Source: Macrostomum lignano
Lineage: Eukaryota
DNA length: 64,000 bases
Direction of reading: 5' to 3'
NCBI GenBank assembly: GCA_002269645.1
Contig: NIVC01001521.1
Span: 186,001-250,000 of the forward strand
The first letter of the stretch is position 1, and each line of letters starts with the position of its first letter. The translations under genes were made by a program, and so were the position numbers. The notes under the pieces were generated by a model, which saw only the letters and a program-made list of their open reading frames with translations, had not been told where the DNA came from and made no database searches. Positions 30,960 to 43,090 of this stretch are shown here, in pieces.

Positions 30960-33900
30960 CAAAATTGTCCCCGAGTGACGCGCATGCTTCAGCCAAGGCT
31001 TAGGCTTAACTTAGGCTTCGGGGCTTTGTTCTCGACCAAGTTGAGCACGTAGCTTATAGCTTGGTTGGTGCACTGCGCGTCGACAAACTGTTGCCGCGTC
31101 ATCGGCAACCTCAGAAAATAAGTGAGCACGGCGCGGCATGGCTGAGGGTTCATGACTCCCGCAGTCTCCGCTTCTTTGGGTCGCAGTTGATCACGCGACT
31201 CCGTCATGTCGGCGTCAGGATTAGGTCGCTCCGAGGGACTTTGTCTCACGACGTCGGCGTACGATCGCTGATCTCGTTTCGAAGTTCTCATCATCGCTCT
31301 CTTGACAGGAATTTCTGCAGCTGGAGCAGTGCACTTGCCTCCACTGCACAGCCCAGGCGACTCTTGGCTGTAGGGCGAGACGCAACACGTGAAGCACGCC
31401 TCCTCACAGGCAGCCGTAGCTGTCGGCTCGATCATCATCGTCATTGGGTGAGTCTTTTCCAGCACCGGGCGGTGTTGCAACGGGGGACTCGACTTTCCGC
31501 ACAGGCGATGAGCAGCTGTCTATCGGCTCGGGGGACAGAGCGTTGACCTTGCAGCCGTCGCGAGAGTCTGGCCTCTGTCAACACGGCGAGAACTCTCAGC
31601 GCAAAACTCCGGGGGTTGAACTTACATTGCTGCTCTGGATCTGCGTTGTGGGCCGTCATCAGGAGGGCTGCTTGTTCAGTGGCCTCTGAGTCGTGGTCCA
31701 TGGACGTCTCCAGGTTCCGAGATCCGCAGTCTTGGACATCATCACGGAGGTCTACGTCAGCAGTGGCCTCCGAGGTCTTGTCTGGGCGAATCTCCAAGTA
31801 ACGGCAACCGGCGTGGGCATCTCTGCGGAGGGCTGAGGTATCAGTGGCCTCCGGGTTGCTGTCCAAACCGGTCTCCAGGCGTTGACTGCAGCAATGGTCG
31901 TCGTGCTGAAGGGCTGCTGGCGCAGTGGCCTCCAGGTCTTTGGCCAGGGCAGTTTCGGCCTCCTTGTTGCGAGTGTGAACCTTCTTCGTGCTGGCTGCTC
32001 TCGCAGTGGCCTCACGTGTGGTGTCCAAGTCCGGCTCCAGGCTGGTGTCATCACCGTGTCGGGCTGCAGAACCGGGGTGCTCCAGCAGTCGGCCATGTCT
32101 GAAGTCAACCGGTGGTGTCTCCGGGCGTCTTGACAGGGCGTCAGCGTTGGCGTGGTGATTGCCTTTGCGATGGTGAAGCTGGAAGCGGAACTCGCTCAGT
32201 CGCTCAATCCAACGGCCCAAGATGCCTGTGACCTGCGTCTGGTTCAGCAACCACAGCAAGGCCCAATGGTCGGAACGAACTTCAAACTTCTTGCCGATTA
32301 AATAATGACGGAAATGTCGCTAGCGTCCACGATTGCAAGCAGCTCTTTCTTCGTAACCGTGTAGCGCTTCTCAGGATCACGAAGTTTCCGGCTAAAGAAT
32401 GCAATTGGGCGCTCGACGCCGTCGGATTGCCGTTGTCCAAGACAAGCGCTTATGCGAATGTCTGAGGCATCAGTGTCTAGGACAAACTTCACATCAGGAT
32501 CTGAGTTAAACTCGGGCAGAGCGAGAACTTCAGTCGAACACAACTTCTTCTTCAACGTGTCGAACGCTACCTGGTGCTAATCAGTCCAATGCTGCCACAG
32601 GCTGCCGATGTCCTTTCGAGTCAGGGCATGCAACGGCGCAGCAACTCCAGCATAGCCGTTGACAAACTTGTGGTAGTAATTGGCGAGGCCTAGGAATTGT
32701 CTCAGTTGAGTAACGGACTGTGGCACAGGCTCGAATAGCGGCCAACAGATTGTTTGGGCGGACCCAATAGAGCCGCTCGCGCAGATCTGGTGTCCTGATG
32801 CCAGCTAAGAACTGATCAGCCAGCTCTCGCTCTCGATATTCAGGGTGCATTCGAGGGTACGCTTGCTCTCCTAAGGTGCGCAGGGCATCAGCGTACTCTT
32901 CTGCTGACTCGTTCTTGCCTTGCTGACGGCGCCTCAGCAGCTCTCGATATTCATCAGCGCTACCATGGCGGGCAAATCTCTCGATCAATTGCTGCTTGAC
33001 CTCCTCGTAGCCAGCATAGCGTGGGAAGTGCATACTCAGCAGAGCCGGATAAGAAGTTGCCAGATCCAGACTCGCAACGAGGTGCTGCTTCATCTCGATC
33101 GGATCTTCAATACGCTCCATCTCGCAGTGTTGCTCAAACGCGGCGAGCCAGACGTGGATGTCCTGGCTGGGCGTGTACTTTACAATCTTAACAGACTTGC
33201 TTACCGGCCGCTCCATCTGCTGCTGCGGAGCTGCCATCATCGTTCTCACATCCTGGGGCCTGATGTTCTGGCCGAGGTCGTCCAAACCTGGCAGAAGCTC
33301 GTCTGGCGGGTCTTCGGATGCCTCACCTCTCGAATTTCGCCGTGGCATCTGCTGACCATCTGCTTGACTGCTGCTGCTGCTGCGGCAGCCGCTGCTGCAG
33401 GCCTTGAACTGCTGATATGCTCATGCGGACTCAACCGGCTGCTGCACCGGCTCTCTTCTCTCTCGTTAAACATTTCAAATTAGTAGAATAGCCGAATTCT
33501 TACTCGAAAGAGCGATTGGCTTGGGTGTTTCGAAGTCGGATCCTTGACTTGTCGCTCGAATCCCTGACTTGTCGGATCCCACCGCCGAGTCACCAGTGAA
33601 GTGGTTGCTTGTACTTTCCTCGATAGCGTCTAGAGGTGGCCTGGCAGGTCTTTGTGCAGGTCCCACCGCTGCCACCAGTAAAGTACTTGGTTGGTTTCTT
33701 GTCGCTACTTCCCAATCAGTCAGGTGAGCTGCCTACCTTGAGCTCTTCTGGGAAGTCTCCGGGTTGATCTAGTAGCGTTGGTAGTGCTGCCACCAGCTTC
33801 GCAGAGTTGCAGCCTTCGGTGAGGTGCTGAGCTCGTAGAAGCAAATGAATAAGACAAGAGAGAGAGACTCACACTTCGTGCAGATTTAGCAGTTCTCGCG

Positions 33901-34672
33901 CAAAGGTGCCCACCGTCAGCCGTCCCTGCCGGGCTGGTGCGGGGTGAGAGCGAAAGTGCTAGCTCCGGGCGATCTGAGCTGGCTTTTTAATTGATAGCAG
34001 GAGCAACGGAAGCAGGCACGCGCAAAGTTGGGAGTCTTGGAGTTAAACTTAAGCACAAACTTTGACAAAAACACTTAGAAGATTCGCTGGATGAGGAGAA
34101 ACGCTACGCGGAAAACGGAAAACGCAAAACGCTTGTCTGAGCCAAGCCATGAGAGGGGCTGCATTTATAGGGAGAATCGATTGTACCATAGCACGAAAGA
34201 CCCCCGCCGAGAGTCACCTCTGACTCTGATGCTAAATTTAACAACAACAAGCGGGCCCCTGCCTCAGAGGAGGCAGGGGGTCCTGGCACGCGTGATCTCC
34301 CTCATAAACACGAGCCCAGCGTACAATGATGAAATCATTGCACTTTGGACTAAAGAAGGAAAAAGGCCCACAAGTGAAGGCACTCATGACCGTGAGACCG
34401 GAAAACATAACAGCACTCCAAATTTGGAGAGGTAAACAGAGAACGAAACAGAGACAGGCCAGACCAAGCTGTCTGGGCACTGCAAAAAAAGGGAACACGA
34501 AACAGAAGGGGACAAACGAGGACAAACAGACAGACAGGCAAACGGGCAAAGGACAGGCCAGAGGACAGGCGGGAGGGACAGACAACTGCCCAGCGGCAGA
34601 CAGAAGCCTGGGGCGAGGGCGAGGGAGACAGCTGACTAGTGCGGCGCCTAACTAAACTAGCGACTCACTACA
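30960..34672 (-). mobile_element. Internally deleted, non-autonomous Ty3/Gypsy LTR retrotransposon: 5' LTR (about 34672-33678), PBS, gag, RT thumb-RNase H, repeat linker; no protease, RT palm, integrase or 3' LTR
   Basis: Gag: RRRQQGKNESAEEYADAL, LADQFLAGI. Pol remnant: PVPQSVTQLRQFLGLANYYHKFV, VLDTDAS, IAFFSRKL, KELLAIV, EVRSDH, GRWIERLSEF, HANADALSR. In-frame stop near 32578 and frameshift near 32318. LTR starts TGTAG at 34672; TATAAA at 34164-34169. Confidence 0.93.
33661..33677 (-). promoter_or_regulatory. Primer-binding site complementary to the tRNA-Leu 3' end
   Basis: Plus strand TCCCACCGCTGCCACCA equals the last 14 nt of metazoan tRNA-Leu(AAG/TAG) (...GAATCCCACCGCTGCCA) plus CCA, recalled from the human sequence. 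It lies between the LTR and gag. Confidence 0.88.
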
Positions 34673-35281
34673 CTTATATAAGTATAAATTTCTAGCTTTC
34701 CAGTTTTTAAGCTTATAATAATACCATTTAAACAAATGTTCATGCATATAGACTTTTCACAATAAATAGTATAAACAGAAAACTAAATAATCAACTAAAT
34801 TATCAGATTACAAGGGTCTTTGATGCCATGCAAAAAGTAGTATTCCACTGTAAGGAAGATCCATATACTATAGCCGACCAGCCGTAGCCATAAGCAAATC
34901 TATGGCTTGTTCTAATTCTATGTATTCTGTAGCCATAGGGACCCAATATTACCATATTCCCATTGTTCCTGTAGCCATAGCCAGTTTTAACAAAAAGTCT
35001 AGAAAACAAAATATTTTAAACCAAGAAGATAACCTGGTGCTTAAACAACTGTGAATTAATTTAAAAAGGAAACACTCAATTGCCTTTGTAAGATTATATT
35101 TCATCTTTTTACGGAGCAACAATACTTACTGGTAATTGCTAATCAAGTACCCTACTAATGTTGTATTTTTTCACATTAATAAAAATTAGAGTTAGCTAGT
35201 GTTTTATTGTACTTTAATTGGTATATCCTATAAGTTTCTCAATTGATAATATAGTTTACTAAAGTATCTTTGTTTTACTTA

Positions 35282-36040
35282 TGTTACAGGCGTGTTTCCT
35301 CTTACTGAAATTATCCCACCGTTATGTCACCAATTAAAGTTGTCGTAGGGGTTACTTTTGTCCTCCAACTATCCCACTAATTGCCACCAAGCTGTGCTAG
35401 GGCTACTAACTTCCTACACTAATCTTTAAGTGTTCTTGTTAAGTTGCTGCCACCAGGATTATCCTATTAATAAATTATGAGTTTATCAATCTTAGAATAA
35501 TCCGAGAAACGTTTCTTAGAATTGATCTGAGTATATATCTTAGTTTAGTCTGAGTATTTAGTCTGAGTATTATTCTTGGAATTATTCTTGGATATTATTC
35601 TTGGAAACTATTAGCCCTTATAAGTATTATTTCTTTGTTATTCTGGTAGCGTTTATTCTGATTCCGGTAGCGTTTACTGTACTTTTGGCCTGACTGGTCT
35701 ATTGGCTATACTGGTATTATTCCATGTACTTTGCAAGTCCTTGGGCGTTACCGAGATCAGAGGGTTACAGCCTCCGGTTATTCTTACACGGATCACTTCA
35801 GATCTACTTCGTATTCTCTTACTACTCAATACTGCTGCTTCTTAATAGTATGTACTGTATACGCTTCAGTCTATTTCACTCTTACTTCGTAAAAGGAATT
35901 AACACAGAAAGCACTTCTTCAATTCTTATTTTCTCGGAACTCTTACTATTCGCTATCAATCACTTATTGCGGAACCGCGATGCGCGAGGTTGTCTTCTCC
36001 TCCGCTGAAATCGCTTCTATTTATAATAAAATTTGCTACA
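35282..36040 (-). mobile_element. Possible LTR-like or retroelement-derived non-coding segment, TG...CA bounded, with three degenerate tRNA-Leu PBS-like motifs
   Basis: Minus strand starts TGTAGC and ends GTAACA. Short internal direct repeats (CCAAGAATAAT x3, TACTCAGA x3). PBS-like motifs at 35313-35332, 35371-35389 and 35446-35455. No TSD found. Confidence 0.35.
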
Positions 36041-36419
36041 GTTTTAAACAAAAATTCGTTAGCGCAAAATAATATAGAAAATACGAGTATTAAAACAAAA
36101 TATGTTTCTCAGTTTTTTCGCGCGAATTTGAATGACATAGTTTCGATGAATAAAACAGACTAATAGAATAAAGAATAAAGAAGAATTGCCTGCCTCACTT
36201 ACTCTACCTATTTCTAATATTTTTTCAGTTTTTTAAATTAATAACTACAGCTACAGCAATCTACAAAATGTGATAGCAATTACCATATTTCCAAGGCCCC
36301 TAGTCATAGCCATAAGAGCAGCTAGCTACCATAGGTGTATCCATAGTTGCCATAGGCACCTATTTTACCATATTTGCCATGGGATCCCATAGCTGTAGCT
36401 ATGGCTATGGCGGAAAACT

Positions 36420-36575
36420 AGCAAAAAGGTCATTTATTGTTATAATGCAAAAAGGGTCACTTTTTGTTATAATGCAAAAATGGTCATTTATTGTTATAAT
36501 GCAAAAAAGGTCATTTATTGTTATAATGCAAAAAAGGTCATTTATTGTTATAATGCAAAAAAGGTCATTTATTGC
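36420..36575. repeat. 27-bp minisatellite GGTCATTTATTGTTATAATGCAAAAAA, about 5-6 copies
   Basis: Direct. Confidence 0.92.
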
Positions 36576-36987
36576 TGTAGTTGTAGTATAGAATTCAGAG
36601 TATGTAGGCATGCACATATTTTGGCATACATTTGTAACCCTTTAATTTTTGTTTACACATACCTAGTGCTAGTATAATCTAGACTATGACATGGCATACC
36701 TATGCTAGAAAAAAAAATCCTATCCAAAATGTTTTATTGTGCTATGTGCCAGAACTATTCCCATAAAATAAGTTTGCTTGCACTATGTGCTAAAACTTTT
36801 GTCATAAAAAACAAAACACAATAATCTATATTTTTTAATTTGAAAAATACTTATATTTGTAAAACTTTAGCCTATATTTGAATCTGTTTTATAAAAAATA
36901 CAATGTTAATTAACATATTTTAATTAAAGAAGCCATCAATATACCTAAAAACAAAAAAGTGCTACTTTTCTATCTGTGAAGATATTG

Positions 36988-37415
36988 GGCAATCTTCTAG
37001 TTTCGCACGTTTAATTCAAACTGTTTTTAAAACGACAGTTAATGATAGTTTTGTTTTATGTTTTATGCCTTAGACGGCATAATAGTGCGCCACCCAGAAA
37101 AGGATGTTCCCAAAGGTGTTGCGCGGGTGGCAGCGATGCCAAAGAAATTCGTCCAAGTGGGTGTCAAACAGGGCCTTGGACGTGCCATGCATGGCCCTGA
37201 AATGGGCCTTAGCGTGGGCCCATGTGCCCTCCACTGTGTTCATGTGGACTTCTGGGTGGTTAGGGTCCACAAAGTGTAGCCGGTGGTTCACCATCAAATG
37301 ATTGGGCAGTTGGTTGTATGCTTGCCACTGGTCAGTGATAATGCGAGTACCTGCTTTGCTGAAAATAATTAAAAATGCTTTAAAATAATTAAACGTGCAA
37401 AACTAGAAGATTGCC
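36988..37415 (-). mobile_element. Non-autonomous Merlin (IS1595/ISXO2-like) DNA transposon deletion derivative, 428 bp
   Basis: 29-bp TIRs GGCAATCTTCTAGTTT(C/T)GCACGTTTAATT (36988-37016 and 37387-37415, one mismatch). Perfect 8-bp TSD AGATATTG. Retains a transposase exon 37358-37070: KAGTRIITDQWQAY...HLMVNH..HFVDP...VHMNTVEGTW...HLDEFLW. Confidence 0.95.
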
Positions 37416-37626
37416 AGATATTGTCTTGTTAAAACTTTTTGATTTTGCACCAAATTGCACCATTTTTTGTTTTAATGCCAAATTGCATAGGATTCTCCAT
37501 GTAATACAAGTATGAATGAGGGTACTTAAAATGTTTTTGGACTCCAATCTTTTCAAGCAAATGGTAAAATGGTTGAGTCTAAAAAACTTTTTAGATACCC
37601 TTGTAGTTACATTAGTTAGGTTAATT

Positions 37627-38174
37627 TAGGAGTTGGCAAACTCTGGCCTGCCAGCTACATGTAGCTTGTAAAGCCTCTCTATCCGGCCCTTGGGCTCACA
37701 ACAAAAATCTAGCCCACTCAATATTAGTCTTTTCTCTACTCTTTCTTATCCCCTCTGCCCCCTCTCCACTTTCCTCTCTTCTATCCCCTCTCTTCTCCCC
37801 CTTTCTTCACTCCCCTCACTCTTCTCCTCATCTCTCCTCTCTCCCATCTATCTCCCATCTCCCTCTCCTCTCCCCTTTATCTCCCTTTCCTCTCTCCTCT
37901 CCTTTCCCCCTCTCCTTTCCCCCCTCTATCTCCCTCTCCGCTCTCCCCTCTCTTTTCTTCTCTCTCCTCTTTCCCCTCCCCTTTCTCCCCTTTCTCCCCT
38001 CTCTCCTCTCTCTCCTCTCTCTTCTCTCCCTTCTCTTGTCTCTCCCCTGTTATCTCATCTTGTTTTGTTTCTTATCTCTTCTATTACCCTCTCCTTTCTT
38101 CTCTCATCTGGCCCCATAGCTTTGAGCTGGATTCTCCATCCAGCCCTTGAGGTAAAAAAGTTTGCCGATCCCTG
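37627..38174. mobile_element. hAT (MER58/Charlie-like) MITE with an internal CT-rich simple repeat
   Basis: Left TAGGAGTTGGCAAACT, right AGTTTGCCGATCCCTG (consensus-type CAGGGGTCGGCAAACT). Flanks GGTTAATT and GGTTAGCT (6/8 TSD). Interior 37730-38110 is pyrimidine-rich. Confidence 0.75.
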
Positions 38175-38438
38175 GGTTAGCTAGATTTTAGATGTGTATG
38201 AATCCCAATAATCTTGACCTTGCAGTATGATTCTTGGATAGCTTGACCTTAATGTCTTCAAGTAATTTTATTTGCATTGTATTGATAGAATTATTTGTTT
38301 TTTTATTCGAGGCAAGAAGTGCACCATTTTGCACTTAAATCAACATTATCAGACAACTTGCCAGATGCACAGAGTCACAGACAGACACCAGAGAAATGAC
38401 TTAAAAAATAATCCCATTTTTTGCATGCAAGCGCAGCG

Positions 38439-41400
38439 ATGGCTGAAACAATATATGACACAGTTGTCAGCTATATTGAGAATTGCAAAGCCAGCCAATT
38501 ATCTGCCAATGCGTTTGTTCTCGACGTGCTCCAACGTCTCAAAGATGAATCCGCATTTGATGACGATGTTGAAACATTTGATTTGAAATTGTGCGCCAAT
38601 AATAAGCTGTCGAATACTAGAGATATTCGTCTGGTTGATGCTGATGCTGCAGTGCTGTGCCGGACTCTGCGTTCAAGCACCATTTTTGTCTGCGTGGATC
38701 TGCGTTATAATTCCATTGGAGACTCTGGTGCCGAAGCCATTGCCGATATGTTGAGTAGTAATAAAACTATTACCATGCTCAACCTGATGTGCAACAATGT
38801 TGGAGAGGCCGGCGCCAAGGCTATTGCTAAATCGTTGCACACCAACCAGACCTTGTTGGAGCTGAATTTAGCTGGCAATAAAATCAATGATGCTGGTGGG
38901 ATGCTGTTTGCCGAGGCGCTGCAGGTTAATGCTACGTTGGAGTTTCTAGATCTCGGCGATTGCGATTTGAAAATTAATGCCGTGATTGCTCTGTCAACTG
39001 TGCTCAAGTATAACGATTCGCTGCGTGGTATCAATGTTAATAGGCCGCTGCTGTGGACTCAGCAGGAGGAGACCACTGTGAGTGCCGCATTGTTGAAGGT
39101 TCGGGTAACTGGTTCAGGGTAGGGGTTTAGACTGGAGGTTCAGGTAGGGGCTCTGACAGAGGAGGTTCAGGTAGGCGTTGAGATAGAAGGTTCAGACTGA
39201 AGGATCAGGTAGGGGTTCAGATAGAAGGTTCAGATAGAAGGTTCAGATAAAAGGTTCAGATAGAAGGTTCAGGATAGGGGTTCAGGTAGGCGTTCAGATA
39301 GAAGGTTCAGATAGAAGGTTCAGATAGAAGGTTCAGGGTAGGGGTTCAGGTAGGCGTTCAGATAGAAGGTTCAGACTGAAGGATCAGGTAGGGGTTCAGA
39401 TAGAAGGTTCAGATAGAAGGTTCAGATAGAAGGTTCAGATAGAAGGTTCAGGGTAGGGGTTCAGGTAGGCGTTCAGATAGAAGGTTCAGATAGAAGGTTC
39501 AGGGTAGGGGTTCAGGTAGGCGTTCAGATAGAAGGTTCAGACTGAAGGATCAGGTAGGGGCTCAGACTGAAGGATCAGGTAGGGGCTCAGGCAGGAGGTT
39601 CAGGTAGGGGCTCAGACAGAGGACCTTTAGGTAGGGTTTCAGATAAAATATTCAGGTAGCGGGTTCAGATTCAGGTAATTGATTAGCTAGATACACTGCA
39701 GGTTCAGTAAGAGTAGTGGCAGCAACGATTAAGATGTAGTGGCACCATTAAGTATAACCATTCATCTGATTTCTAAATTTCTCTTGACAAGTGATAAGTA
39801 TTTATCTTTTTTGCAGTCCATTTGGGTATTGAAGTTAAAATTTTGTCAAATGCAATTCCAATTGCCACGAAAAAGTGCATGTAGAGGCCATACAGTCAAA
39901 TACAATATAGAACTCGTTGACTAAGACAGATCGTTTAAAGGCGTTTCCTGTCTTGGGTACAGTCTTATAGTCTGTATAAGCATTTGTAGCAGTTTTGTCT
40001 AACTAGTGTCAGTGCGAGTGTGTGGGTTGACTTGCTGAGTGAAATCTTCTGTGCTGTGCGCGACAGTGGGAGGTTGTGGAGGCCGCCTACGCAATGTGAA
40101 GTCAGACAAGTGCACTACTTATATGGAAGAGAAATCAATAAAATCAAATCAAATAGTCCATATGAATTCTAGTCAGTGCTCAATAAGACTTACACTGGTC
40201 AATCTCATAAATGTACTTCTTGGCATTGTTAGCTCCTATATTTATATCGATTGGCACAGTTTTTAACTGGTCACAGTTGATCTAATGGACATTTCTGTAC
40301 TGACTGACTGGGTCTAATCTCTAGCCTTCTAATCTCAGCTACTTACTTTATTTCACTAAATGCAAGTGTCTTCACAGCCACCACTGAACGTATATCACTA
40401 CTACAGCCCTGAAGCTATCATCACCACAGCCCTGAAGCTATAATCACCACAGCCCTGAAGCTATAATCACCACAGCCCTGAAGCTATCATCACCACAACC
40501 CTGAAGCTATCATCACCACAACCCTGAAGCTATCGTCACCACAGCCCTGAAGCTATCATCACCACAACCCTGAAGCTATCATCACCACAGCCCTGAAGCT
40601 ATCATCACCACAGCCCTGAAGCTATCATCACCACAGTCCTGAAGCTATCATCACCACAACCCTGAAGCTATCATCACCACAGCCCTGAAGCTATCATCAC
40701 CACAGCCCTGAAGCTATCATCACCACAGTCCTGAAGCTATCATCACCACAGTCCTGAAGCTATCATCACCACAGTCCTGAAGCTATCATCACCACAGCCC
40801 TGAAGCTATCATCACCACAACCCTGAAGCTATCATCACCACAACCCTGAAGCTATCGTCACCACAGCCCTGAAGCTATCGTCACCACAGCCCTGAAGCTA
40901 TCATCACCACAGCCCTTAAGCTATCATCACCACAGCCCTGAAGCTATCGTCACCACAGCCCTGAAGCTATCATCACCACAACCCTGAAGCTATCGTCACC
41001 ACAGCCCTGAAGCTATCGTCACCACAGCCCTGAAGCTATAATCACCACAGTCCTGAAGCTATCGTCACCACAGCCCTGAAGCTATCATCACCACAGTCCT
41101 GAAGCTATCATCACCACAGCCCTGAAGCTATCGTCACCACAGCCCTGAAGCTATCATCACCACAGTCCTGAAGCTATAATCACCACAGCCCTGAAGCTAT
41201 ATCATCACCACAGTCCTGAAGCTATCATCACCACAGCCCTGAAGCTATCATCACCACAGCCCTGAAGCTATCATTACCACAGCCCTGAAGCTATAATCAC
41301 CACAGTCCTGAAGCTATCATCACCACAGCCCTGAAGCTATAATCACCAGTCCTGAAGCTATAATCACCACAGCCCTGAAGCTATAATCACCAGTCCTGAA

Positions 41401-42650
41401 GCTATAATCACCACAGCCCTGAAGCTATCGTCACCACAGCCCTGAAGCTATCATCACCACAGCCCTGAAGCTATCGTCACCACAGCCCTGAAGCTATAAT
41501 CACCAGTCCTGAAGCTATAATCACCACAGCCCTGAAGCTATAATCACCAGTCCTGAAGCTATAATCACCACAGCCCTGAAGCTATCGTCACCACAGCCCT
41601 GAAGCTATCGTCACCACAGCCCTGAAGCTATAATCACCACAGCCCTGAAGCTATAATCACCACAGCCCTGAAGCTATAATCACCACAGCCCTGAAGCTAT
41701 AATCACCACAGCCCTGAAGCTTTAATCACCACAGCCCTGAAGCTATAATCACCACAGCCCTGAAGCTATAATCACCACAGCCCTGAAGCTATCGTCACCA
41801 CAGCCCTGAACCAGCGTCACCACAGCCCTGAAGCTATCATCACCACAGCCCTGAAGCTATCATCACCACAGCCCTGAAGCTATAATCACCACAGCCCTAA
41901 AGCTATCATCACCACAGCCCTGAAGCTATAATCACCACAGCCCTGAAGCTATAATAACCACAGCCCTAACGCAACAGCTCTGAACCCATCATCACCACAG
42001 CCCTGAACCCAGTTCCCGCTCCTCACCCGCAGGTGCACATGGGCGAGATGCTGGCCCAGAACCGCAGCCTCCGCGAGCTTCATCTGGCCAAGTACGAGAT
42101 GCGCGACTTTGGCGCCAACCGCATCGCCGATGGCCTTGTTGCCAACCGCGCCCTGACGGTGCTGGATCTCAGCTGCAACCGCATCACCCGGGACGGCGCC
42201 AAAGTGCTTGCCAATGTGCTGTGTCGCGACACGCCACTGCAACTGCTGGATCTGTCCTACAACCGGCTGGAATGCGACGGCGCCAAGTGCATCGCTAGCG
42301 CACTGATTGGCGCCAACACCAATCTGCGCTGTTTGGTTATCAAATTTAACGAGATTAAAAGCGACGGCCTGGTGGCTGTGGCGGATTCGCTCAAGTACAA
42401 CACCAGTCTGGAGCGGCTTTTCATCTGGGGCAACGACCTCACGGATGCCAGTTGTGCAGCTGCGTACGCTGAACTGCTGGGATCAAGCGGTCGCTTGCGC
42501 GAGGACGACACGGATGTGCGAGCTTACAGCGTTGACGATCGCTGGTGCCTGTCCCAGGTGAACAGGGATGTGGACTACCGGTTGTACAGGTTCACGGCAC
42601 CTGTGTACGGAGATCAAGTGCCGCAGGATAGGCGGTTTCGGCTGAATTAA
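38439..42650 (+). CDS. LRRC34: Leucine-rich repeat-containing protein 34; exons 38439-39077 and 42033-42650, 418 aa
   Basis: RNI-like LRRs. The spliced junction INVNRPLLWTQQEETT|VHMGEML matches human LRRC34 INLNRPILYSEQEESTVHVGRML. Also LDLGDCDL, LDLSCNRIT, IWGN and DTDV. ACT|GTGAGT and cgcag|GTG, phase 0. Confidence 0.93.
39110..39680. repeat. 13-bp-based minisatellite GGTTCAGATAGAA / GGTTCAGGTAGG in the LRRC34 intron
   Basis: Direct. Confidence 0.92.
40405..42010. repeat. 23-bp minisatellite CACAGCCCTGAAGCTATCATCAC, about 70 copies, running to within about 25 bp of the LRRC34 acceptor
   Basis: Direct. Confidence 0.98.
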
Positions 42651-42859
42651 AACTGATTGAGCTCATCTGATGATCCATTGCGGCTGAGTACTCTTTTTTG
42701 TGATGACTTGAAGTTTTATGATTTTTTTCTTTTATATCTTTCTAAATGCGAAGTTTTTGTTGATAATTTTATTAGTAAGAATCAGTCTAGAGAGAGGCTC
42801 CTAATTGTATAACCAAACTTTTCAAATGGTCACTGTCAGTGAAATCAATAGCTAAAAAT

Positions 42860-43090
42860 TGGTCTCTGACAGGAAACCCAATATCTAAACACAATGGTCT
42901 CTGACAGGAAACCCAATATCTAAACACAATGGTCTCTGACAGTGAACCCAATATCTAAACACAATGGTCTCTGACAGTGAACCCAATATCTAAACACAAT
43001 GGTCTCTGACAGTGAACCCAATATCTAAACACAATGGTCTCTGACAGGAACTCAATATCTAAACAATGGTCACCGACAGGGAACCCAATG
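42860..43090. repeat. 35-bp minisatellite TGGTCTCTGACAG(GA/TG)AACCCAATATCTAAACACAA, about 6 copies
   Basis: Direct. Confidence 0.92.

Noticed and set aside
35300-36000. Minus-strand frames rich in TAA/TAG, suggesting an alternative genetic code insert or RIP-like hypermutation
   Set aside because: Recoding TAA/TAG as Gln gives no recognisable protein in the two frames tried, TGA also occurs in one of them, and the short internal repeats fit a non-coding leader better.
34840-36420. Two clusters of TAGCCATA motifs (34870-34990, 36295-36410) as ends of one DNA transposon
   Set aside because: No clean TIR pair or TSD could be defined.
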